Both the position numbers and the translations under genes were made by a program. A stretch of DNA of 64,000 nucleotides from Octopus vulgaris. Its lineage: Eukaryota. The stretch is taken from the NCBI GenBank assembly GCA_951406725.2, contig OX597814.1:30628001-30692000 (forward strand). The letters are read 5' to 3'. Of this stretch, positions 54,121 through 64,000 are shown in pieces; the first letter of the stretch is position 1; each line of letters begins with the position of its first letter. The notes below the pieces were generated by a model. That model searched no databases, had not been told where the DNA came from, and saw only the letters and a list, made by a program, of their open reading frames with translations.

Positions 54121-54917
54121 TTATTCAATTCAAATAGACTGCATCCCAACTAACAGCTGTTTCAGCCTCCAATGTTATATGGTATTGCAATTGATATGCT
54201 AAAAAATGATATTCATCATATTTGGTAATAAAACCCATCTGGGATATGGAGCTTCATCAAAGTGAAGAAAAATACATACATGAAAGAGTCACTAGCAAAA
54301 TGGTATGATTTAATCATATTCAGCCTTTTCTTTTTCCTCTCTAGCTCTTCTTTTCTTTTGTGTATGTATTTTTCTTCACTCTACTGAAGCTCCATGTTCC
54401 AGATCAATTTTATTAGTAAACTAGCAGTATCGCCCGGCGTTGCTCGGGTTTGTAAGGGAAATAACTATATAAGCATTTTTAGAGAGTTATAGCCAAAAAA
54501 TAGCAAAAAAATGCATTAAAAATGGAAAAAAATGATGGTAATTTTTTTTTAAATCGTTGACTCACCGTAGACATTTTTAGAGAGTTACTTCCCTTATATA
54601 ATAGCGAAAAAAATGCATTAAAATGGAAAAAAATGATGGTAATTTTTTTAAAAATCATAGACTCATCGTAGACGCGCGCTAATACCCAGAAGGGCTCGAT
54701 ATGAATCACGACTATAAGATACCCGGTTTTGATTAAACTGCACCGCAAAATGTGGGAGTAGTTAGGAATCTAAATCGTAGGAGACAGACACACAACTTGA
54801 CTTTTATATATAAAGATATGATGAATATCATTTTTTAGCATATCAATAGCAATACCATATAACATTGGAACCAGAAACAAGTGTTAGATGGGATGCAGTC
54901 TATTTGAATTGAATTAA
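54121..54917. mobile_element. PLE-type fold-back with HHR (54147-54264, - strand), right arm split by a Helitron
   Basis: 54121-54285 inverted against 54350-54420 plus 54817-54915; ACU-UUGAUGA-AGCUCCA...UGGAGGCU-GAAA-CAGCUG-UU-AGU. Confidence 0.7.
54421..54816 (-). mobile_element. non-autonomous Helitron
   Basis: Minus strand: A|TC start, subterminal hairpin CCCGAGCAACGCCGGG, CTAG|T end, no TSD; flanks rejoin cleanly. Confidence 0.9.
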
Positions 54918-54999
54918 AAAATTAAAAAATAATAATTGATGTAAGTGAATTGTTGCTGATCAATATTTCTTCATTTTGTGTTTCCTTCACGTGTGTACG

Positions 55000-55053
<54 letters not shown>

Positions 55054-55069
55054 CGTGCGTGTGTGTATA

Positions 55070-55222
55070 AACGGTAAGAAGCTTGCTACCCAACGACATA
55101 GTTCCAGGTTCCGTCCTACTGCGTGGCACCTTCGACAAGTGTCTTCTACTATATCCTCGGGTCCTCGGGCCGATCAAACCCTTGTGAATGGGATTGGTAG
55201 ACGGAAACTGAAAGAACCCCGG
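55070..55222 (+). mobile_element. SINE A head
   Basis: Family homology. Confidence 0.78.
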
Positions 55223-55249
55223 AGTATATATATATATATATATATATAT

Positions 55250-55548
55250 ATGAATAAAACAATGGAGTTAACGCTGGTGTAATCAAATATTTTTACTTTC
55301 GACACATGTTTCAAAAATTCCACTATCAGTGGAATTTTCGAAATATGTGTCGAAAGTAAAAATATTTGATTACACCTGCGTTAACTCCATTTTTTTATTC
55401 ATATTATTCAAAATATTCAACGTAAACACGAAGTTTCTACCTTTATAAACAAGGAGTTACAACACCTTTACTTGTGAGATTTTTGCTGCCCTGGTAACTA
55501 TTTATTTATTTTTTCCGTGTTAATTGTTAACAAGGTAAAAATACACTC

Positions 55549-55555
<7 letters not shown>
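55250..55555 (+). mobile_element. PLE-type element with a ~150-bp near-perfect palindrome
   Basis: 55250-55404 palindrome centred on CCACTATCAGTGG; related to the 31285-31800 family; (TA)n on both sides. Confidence 0.75.
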
Positions 55556-55636
<81 letters not shown>

Positions 55637-56063
55637 CTGTATCTGTGTCTGTGTGTAAAAAACCTAGAAACTTTGGTATTCGTCCCGAGAAAGCATCTCG
55701 CGTAGACGTATAGTTTTTTTTTAATTACTGAAACGTATTAGTTAGAAAGTAAAAGTATCTAGCAGCAGTGGTAGTATTGTTAAACACGTATTATCGCTTC
55801 AGTGAGCATCATCACTAGAAAGCATGCAGTAGTAACAACATACTAACATAATTTCAGTCTTTATCTGCATAGGAAAACAGTGATTAACTGCGACACTAGT
55901 GATTAATCATTATATTTCTATATCAGTAAAGACTAAAGTTGTCTTAGCATGCGTTTGCTAGAGGACATTCTTGAGTACAACACTTTATCTCAAGTTGCTC
56001 TGCGAACGCTTTGAAATTTGACGTGTGGAAGACCGTGCATCTGTATAGTCAATGTTGATTTAA

Positions 56064-56485
56064 TGGCACGAGCTGGCAGAAACGTTAGCACGCCGGGCGA
56101 AATGCGTAGCCGTATTTCGTCTGCTGCTACGTTCTGAGTTGAAATTCCGCCGAGGTCGACTTTACCTTTCATCCTTTCGGGATCGATTAAATAAGTACCA
56201 GTTACGCACTGGGGTCGATGTCATCGACTTAATCCGTCTGTCTGTCCTTGTTTGTCTCCTCTGTGTTTATCTCCTTGTGGGTAGTAAAGAAATAGAAATA
56301 GGTATTTCGTCTGCCGCTACGTTCTGAGTTGTAATTCCGCCGAGGTCGACTTTGCCTTTCATCCTTTCGGGGTCGATTAAATAAGTACCAGTTGCGGGCT
56401 AGGGTCGATATGATCGACTTAATCCGTTTGTCTGTCCTTGTTTGTCCCCTCTATGTTTAGCCCCTAGTGGGCAATAAAAAATAAG
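56064..56485 (+). mobile_element. SINE B dimer (Tx1-like tail)
   Basis: Second unit begins GGTATTTCGTCTG at 56301. Confidence 0.9.
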
Positions 56486-56568
56486 AGTGAGCTAATGTAC
56501 CGTACAAATATTTGATCGTTATAAACAAATCGGTGCAAATTGTTCGACAATGAACAAATCTTACACCA

Positions 56569-56959
56569 TCTATTATATAAAATCCGTTCTGTGTGTGTGT
56601 GTCTTCTAGCATCTTGGGCATCCTCCATCCGATTGCGCTCAAATTTGATATGTAGATACCGACGACATCAGGGCGTGTATAAGTCTTGAAAAAATTACAA
56701 AAATCGATTCTAGGTGAGAATGCGATCGATAAAGCCATGGGAACGTGCATTTGTACGCGCAAGTAAATCAGCTGTTGCGATCGATACTACGCGTACGCGA
56801 GAAAAATGCACGTGCAGTTATATAAAATCCGTTAAATCAGTGTTTTTCAAAAGGGAGGCCTATGGGACGGGCGGGCAAGTTGTTTTGAGAAAATTTGGTT
56901 TAAATGTTTGACAACTCAGCACCGTCCATTGGACGGGGAGGGTGGGGGCGGTTTGCTCG
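56569..56959 (+). mobile_element. non-autonomous Helitron-like element
   Basis: A|TCTATTATATAAAA start, hairpin CCGTCC att GGACGG, CTCG|T end (CTAG variant). Confidence 0.7.
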
Positions 56960-57156
56960 TATATTATAAAACATTGCATTCTGAATCAGGAACTAAGCGT
57001 ACTTTTGCTCTTTTACCTTTTCTGTCTTTGAGTAGCCTTTGGTCGGAGGTCTGAGCTAAAATAATTCTACTGCACAAGAAATGCTCGTTTCAAGTCAAGC
57101 ATTCTATTAATCGTAGTCTGAAAGAAAAATCCTCCGATGAGAAATAGTTTTACCCT

Positions 57157-57201
<45 letters not shown>

Positions 57202-57307
57202 AATGTGTATATGTTTGCATATATTTGTGTGTATGGTTATTGTTTGAATTATGCAGTCGAAGCAGCACAGTTGCAGATGCCTTGTGAAGGCTATCTTCTA
57301 GCAATAC

Positions 57308-57368
<61 letters not shown>

Positions 57369-57372
57369 ATAT

Positions 57373-57611
57373 AGAGAATCAGGGTTAGAGAAAGATAGAA
57401 AGAGAGAAAGTAAGTCAGTGATTAAGTGACGAAGTAAGAGAGGAGATAGATAGAGAAATGAGAGAGGAAATGGAGGAAGGAGAGAGTAAAGAAGGAAAGA
57501 GAATCAGGGTTAGAGAAAGATAGAAAGAGAGAAAGTAAGTCAGTGATTAAGTGACGAAGTAAGAGAGGAGATAGATAGAGAAATGAGAAAGGAAATGGAG
57601 GAAGGAGAGAG
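57373..57611. repeat. 125-bp near-perfect tandem duplication in a purine tract
   Basis: Units start at 57373 and 57498. Confidence 0.9.
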
Positions 57612-57752
57612 AAATAGAGAAAAGAAGGAAAGAGAGAGGATAAGAAAGTAAACCAGCGATCAAGTGGGCAAGACAGAGATATGAAATGATAGAGAAAGTT
57701 ATGTATAGAGAGAGATATCGATGTAGAAATAAAGATAGGCAGACAAAGAAGT

Positions 57753-57825
<73 letters not shown>

Positions 57826-57998
57826 GAGAGAGAAAGGGAGAGTAAAGATCTAAGTCTGAAGTAATCCCTTATTTTTCACTTGACATTAAATCTCGAGGCA
57901 TAACGAAACAAATTCATGTAATATTTGTTGCGTACTTTAAATCGCTTATAGTTATTTGTTTGCTTCTTTCCTTCTTTCTTTCTTTCTTTCTTTCTTTT

Positions 57999-58059
<61 letters not shown>

Positions 58060-58516
58060 TTTGCTCCTTCATTATTTCATGTATTTTCTTTCATTTAATT
58101 CCTTTTCTTATATCTTTTTTTTCTTTTACTTGTCAGTTACCAGATTGCAGCCATGCTGGGCATCGCCTTAAAGGGTTTACACGATATTTTTTTTTTTTAA
58201 TCTGGTACTTATTCTATCGGATTCCTTCATCAAACTGCTAAGTTAGGGGACGAAAACGAACAGTTAGAGTTGAGCTGGAGTTTAAAAACAAGATACGTTG
58301 ACGACGAAATGGAGTGAAGCGGTTGTTGTTATTGTTGTTGTTGTCGTCGACGTCGTTGTTGTTCTGTATTTCCATGTCAGCTCACATTCGACCTGTGATC
58401 AAAAACGTTTCAACTATAATCGTCACGGCATTCATTTTTAGTCGATTGTGTATTTATAATTAACCTATCTAATGTGGCCTTTCTTCTTCTAAGATGGAAA
58501 CATGTGATTTAGATTT

Positions 58517-58706
58517 TACAGTTCTATATTTAAGAGATGAGGAATCATGTACTTTATTTACATTTGACGTATATTAGTCCTCATCTAATATCCACTACGC
58601 CATCTAATAACCACTACGCCATCTAATAACCACTACGCCATATGCCCCGTGTGTTAAGAGCGCGAACTAATAACCCCGAAATTACGAGTTTGATTCCAGG
58701 CAGTGA

Positions 58707-58793
<87 letters not shown>

Positions 58794-59218
58794 AATTAAG
58801 GCCAACAGACCAGATATAGTTGTCAGAGATCATGAAGAAAAAAATGCTTTCTAATTGATGTATCAATACCGGCAGATGACAACGTGTCTCTAAAGGAAAT
58901 GGAGAAACTCTCAAAATACAAAGACCTGGAAATAGAGGTAACTAGAATGTGGAATCTGAAAACAGAAACAATTCCTATCATAGTAGGTGCATTAGGCATG
59001 ATAAAAAAATATTCAGACAAATACATAACAAAAACACCAGGACTTACAAACACATATAACATACAGAAAATTGCACTACTAGGCACTGCACACATCCTAC
59101 GCAGAACACTTTCCATACAATAACCATCAGAGCATCACAACAAATCACAGCAAATACCCAAGGCACACAGAGCTGCGCTCGGTAGTGAAGTGAAAGCACG
59201 CTATAAAAAATAAAACTA

Positions 59219-59275
<57 letters not shown>

Positions 59276-59293
59276 TATTATTATTATTATTAT

Positions 59294-59340
<47 letters not shown>

Positions 59341-59472
59341 CGAAAAATACCTTAGGAATGAGAACCCAGGTTCGAAATTTCCCCGAGACACCTGATGAAG
59401 GCTGGCGAGTATATCAGTCGAAACGTGTTAACAAGAAACAAGATGAGGACAAATATCCGTCAAATGTAAATA
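58517..59472 (+). mobile_element. tRNA-headed, HHR-bearing fold-back retroelement
   Basis: TSD ATGTGATTTAGATTT (58502, 59473); inverted termini; tRNA-like segment 58645-58710; HHR remnant 59387-59429. Confidence 0.7.
58791..59221 (+). mobile_element. R4/Dong LINE 3' end nested in (AAT)n
   Basis: KANRPDIVV..LIDVSIP; ORF 58884-59123 EKLSKYKDLEIEVTRMW..IIVGALG; (AAT)n on both sides. Confidence 0.92.
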
Positions 59473-59984
59473 ATGTGATTTAGATTTGACTGACATTTCT
59501 AGCAGAAAGAGCAACTGATTTCTCGTTGGGTCGTTTAGTGATGATGTTGATAATGATGGTGATCATGATCATGTGGAGGATGGCGATGTAAAAGCGTGTT
59601 GACAATTTTTTATTTATTTATTTTGTCAGAATAGAGAGAGTAATACCCATACATTTTTTCAAGTCTACCATGACTGGTAGAAGGAAGGAGAGAAATTTAC
59701 TCAGACTGGAGACATGCATCGAATTCTGGCAACAGTGTAGAATTTCAGAAGGAACTCTAAAGCCCAAGTGGTGGTTTTATCAGAAACGGTTACGTTGACA
59801 AATTTCCAAATAATTTTCGTCTAAGTTTCGTTCATAAAGATTTCGTCGACTTGAGAATATGCTAGAAGCCACTAGTCCAAATTACCGTGAAATTGAGTCA
59901 AACATGAAACCATGTGGTAGCGAAACCACACAGCTGTGTCTAGCGATGGCGGATATAATGATGTTGTTGCCATTTAACACAAGG

Positions 59985-60540
59985 CAAGCTTTGTTCGAAC
60001 AAAGCTATGATTAAATGTATCTCAGCCACGGCAATATAATCTTTTTCAGACGTAGTGTATGCAGGAGTGCATTATCTAATTTGTACGTTCTCATTTAAGG
60101 CATGGGAGGTAATTCGAAAGAGATTTAGTTACAATTTCTAGCTGAACAGCCCATTATGTTAAAGCTCTCACGTTGTTCCCCTGGTTAGCTCTGATCGAGA
60201 AGACTTAAAATCGAAAGCGTTCTAACCTTAAATTTCATCTTGTTTCTGTTTAAGTAGCAGGGTATGGCTTGAAGGAGTTCAGCTGTTAATTCTAGCAACA
60301 TAAAATTTACTGCTTTGGCTCTCACATTGTCTGTAGTGATGGTCTGTTGTCATTCATATTATTGATATATTGTGCAGTTTATACCCTACTGAGTAGATCT
60401 ATGACCAAAGTACTTTTTAACCGCGATCAATCGTCTTTGTTCCAGAACTCAATTATCAAATAGTACCCTAATTTCTTTTTAAAATTTTAGGGTATGCATT
60501 TAAAGAAGTTTAACCTCAGTTTCTAGATGATTGTGATTTC
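59985..60540 (+). repeat. about three decayed copies of an old short interspersed repeat
   Basis: Recurring TATGA..AAA..CATTATC.AA..GATTT.G.T.C.ATTTCTAGC pattern, also at 58370-58516/59473-59520 and ~15130-15290. Confidence 0.45.
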
Positions 60541-60991
60541 TTAGAATTAATTCCCTTGACTAATTGTCATGAATAAATTAATTGACAAAAAATGAGCTCG
60601 GTGATTTTGTAGTGAACATCAAAACATGGTGACAGACCTTGCTTTGTTGAACATTATTACTGTATATAATATACGATGCTTATAAACAGAGTTTCTCAGC
60701 TGAAAATATATGGCAATACAAATACTTTACGTACCTAATTTAAGGATCTCTTAGCACTCCGTAGTTTAAACTGAACACGATCGTTTGGTAAGCGATAAAG
60801 ATGTAGTTCAAGTTCCTACTGTACTACGTTCTCTCTCTCCCACTCTCCCGCACTCCCCACCTCTCTTCTTTTCTTTCTCTCTCACTGTATATACATGCAT
60901 GCGGACATACATACACACACACACAAGCACAGACACATACATATAGACAGACATACATACCGACATACACACACACATACTCACACTTGCA

Positions 60992-61090
60992 TGAGGCTTA
61001 GAAAGAATAAGTCCTGGGGTCGATGTGCTCGACTAAAGGCGGTGCTCCAGCATGGCCACAGTCAGTTGACTGAAACGAGTAAAAGAGTAA
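60992..61090 (+). mobile_element. SINE A 3' end
   Basis: AGAATAAGTCCTGGGGTCGAT..GGCGGTGCTCCAGCATGGCC; other tail fragments at 33375-33520, 45962-46012 and 58122-58260. Confidence 0.85.
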
Positions 61091-61224
61091 TGGAGTTTAA
61101 CTGAAGGCTTATTTAACACTTCCTCGTAGCGTACATTGCATTAACTTTTGTAAAGACAAGGTTGACAGTGACTTCAAATTGTTTGTTCACTTTCATCGGA
61201 GATACGCACTCGTACAAATACACG

Positions 61225-61299
<75 letters not shown>

Positions 61300-62653
61300 A
61301 CACACACATACGCACGTGCATATTCTTACACATTCACAAATAACCTCGTATAAATAGACAGACACACACGCACACACAAGCACAGATATTCTGGGCTGTG
61401 CAGTTAAAATGCCTTTTGAATCGTAGCATTTAATTCTAAGTTCGTTAATTGTCAATCAAATCACACTACTTTGAACTCATTACTCCCCTTCATTAACAAC
61501 CCAGTGATTAATCACGATTATCATAAGGTAGCATTTAAGTTATTCCCCTTCTGTTTACTCTACTTGAATAATTTCATATAATTTTATTTTCTATTATTTT
61601 ACCTGGTAATACTAAAACAAACCCCTCTTTAAAATATGGTATCATATAAATTACACCTTTTTAATTACTCCACTTTAATAACCTCAATTCAATTTAATTC
61701 CGTTTATTTTAATTTTACCTGGTAATATTTAAAGTATCCCTTTGAGTTACTTCTTCACGCCTCCAAATTTCAACCTTAATTATTTGCCTTGGACTGATTG
61801 TTTTAATTAATTACATTTAATAATTAAAATTTTCTACTCTAATTACTTCTCCAGAACTAGCTGTATGAAATCTTGTTTTCTCTTATTTTCACTTTATAGC
61901 GACTCACATCCTAATTCAAGAACGAGTCACATGTGACCTGGCTAGGCCAATGTGTTGTCGTGTTCCGGCTCTATCCCAAATTCCTTTCGAGTGCTATATC
62001 TAGTGGTCTGATGAAACGTACAGAAAAATGGAAGCTTCGAGTATAAGAAGAATAAATTAAATAAACAGACGATGAAACATATATGTATTACTCTTTCTCT
62101 TGTTTAATTTACTCCTCGTACATGCACGTGAGTTTCTGTAAAGTAGTCTTATATCACTCAAACAAGATATTTAGTCACTGAGAGCGTTTAAGGACTCAGT
62201 TGGTAAGTTGGTGCTATGACTTTAATGTCTAAGTGAATTAAGCAAAAGCAAAAAAAAAACAAACAAACAAAAAAACACAAATACACGAAGTAAAGAAGAT
62301 ATGGAATATTTACAGCAGTTTATTGCACGGAATGATAAATGTTTCGGTGATTATCCGTATCGACAGCCAGTGTTGGACTAAAGAATCTTACTTGTTTAGA
62401 CATAAATATGCAGCAGTTTTGATATCACGGAAAAGGAACGAGGTGGCTTCTCTCTCTCTCTTTCTTTTTTTTCTCTCTCTCTCTCTATATATATATATCT
62501 GTGAGTGCGTATGTGTGTGTATATGTGTATATATAGATATATGTATATATATATATATATGTATATATAAATATATATATATAAATATATATGCATATGT
62601 ATATAAATATAAATATATATATATATACGCCTGTCTGTATGTCTGTGTGTCTG

Positions 62654-62747
<94 letters not shown>

Positions 62748-62750
<3 letters not shown>

Positions 62751-63470
62751 GGAATATTACTCCAGATTTAGAAAAATATGGCAGTCGGATCTCTTCTCTT
62801 TCAAAAAGACAATATCCTACAATGCCTTTTCATCTCTGGTGCTGATTTCAATATTTGAGATTCTTGACTGGTCAGTAGACGAATTCCATTGCATATGCGG
62901 TAAAACTTGCAAGACGCTGACAGCAACTGGAGATTTCCACAGATATAATGATGTCTACAGGTTCTATCTAAGGAAAAATAAAGATGGTACAGGTTTGAAA
63001 TCAGTGCAGGCAGCCTTCGAATGTCGTATAGTCACTTTTCAGACAGCGTTTACTAAACAACAGCAGCGAAAATAAATACATTAAGTTAGTGCTGAAAATC
63101 GAAAAGAATAATACCCTACGTATCGGCAGGGCTCTCTAGAAGTTCCTTCTTCCTGGTGATCTTCAATACAACCCTCAAAACAGCCAGACTAACATACCAC
63201 AAAAAACAAAAGCTAAAAAACTACGCATGGGTATGTTTCCCGAAGACAGTAATATTGACATGAAGCGAAGCCTCCCTTGGACTTGTAATCGCTATAATAC
63301 ATCATACGTTGAAGGTTATGCATTTGCAATACAAGAACAAGAGATTGCTACTAAATACCTAATCAACAAAAGAGACAGTGATGCCATTGGAGCTCCATGA
63401 CGCAACCGAAAATGTAAATTATAGCATATTTCTCTGGAATACATCACATAGCTGCCTACAAAATGTCTTC
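62748..63470 (+). mobile_element. decayed R4/Dong LINE fragment
   Basis: EYYSRFRKIWQSDL..ILDWS..TCKTLT.TGDFH..DVYRFYL..GTGLKS; EGYAFAIQEQEIATKYL. Confidence 0.8.
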
Positions 63471-63484
63471 AAAGCAAACCTCCC

Positions 63485-63857
63485 TTATTTCTTTATTGCC
63501 CGCAAGGGGCTAAACGTTGAGGAGACAAACAAGGACAGACAAACGGATTAAGTTGATTACATCGACCCCAGTGCGTAACTGGTACTTAATTTATCGACCC
63601 CGAAACGATGAAAGGCAAAGTCGACCTCGGCGGAATTTGAACTCAGAACGTAACGGCAGACGAAATACCTGTTTCTTTACTATCCACAAAGGGCTAAACA
63701 CAAAGGGGACAAACAAGGACAGACAAATGGATTAAGTCGATTATATCGACCCCAGTGCGTAACTGGTACTTATTTAATCGACCCCGAAAGGATGAAAGGC
63801 AAAGTCGACCTCGGCGGAATTTGAACTCAGAACGTAGCGGCAGACGAAATACCGCTA
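63485..63857 (-). mobile_element. SINE B dimer (Tx1-like tail)
   Basis: Junction AAAGAAACA|GGTATTTCGTCTG at 63670/63669. Confidence 0.9.
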
Positions 63858-64000
63858 TGTTTGATTTATACCAATTATAACTGGTGCTTTTAGTTTTGTG
63901 AGTAAATGCATAAATGGAATCTAGATAAGCTGGGGTTTTCAGATAAAAATTCAACCAACTTCGCACATTACAAATACAATCTGTAAATGGCACAGTAAAA

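Noticed and set aside
58582-58640. Short direct repeats resembling a CRISPR array
   Set aside because: Contiguous units with no spacers, no cas genes, eukaryotic context
62008-62022. CTGATGAAACGT hammerhead-like word
   Set aside because: No stem II or stem I

Overview
This is AT-rich, microsatellite-dense eukaryotic DNA. The SINE, LINE and Penelope repertoire strongly resembles an octopod cephalopod genome; that is inference from recognised repeats, not a database result. No intact host gene is supportable, and most ORFs in the track are translated microsatellites. The window is a nest of mobile elements: four tRNA-derived SINE families, R4/Dong LINE fragments in (AAT)n, a young Tx1/L1-like LINE 3' end in (TATC)n, RTE fragments, Tc1/mariner relics, two non-autonomous Helitrons, and many Penelope-like (PLE) fragments and fold-backs, mostly at (TA)n. 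The PLE-type elements carry more than a dozen minimal hammerhead ribozyme (HHR) motifs. Main discoveries: (1) a recurring hammerhead-like motif whose three strands occur in reversed order (NUH strand, GAAA strand, CUGAnGA strand) with a fixed 25-nt spacer, which fits none of the type I/II/III permutations; (2) HHR cores with compensatory swaps of the C3:G8 tertiary pair (G3:C8, U3:A8); (3) a SINE subfamily with a Tx1-like tail whose 3' junctions recur at GRTATTT, mostly inside its own family; (4) a tRNA-headed, HHR-bearing fold-back element with a 15-bp TSD. All structures were folded by eye, and coordinates may be off by a few bases.
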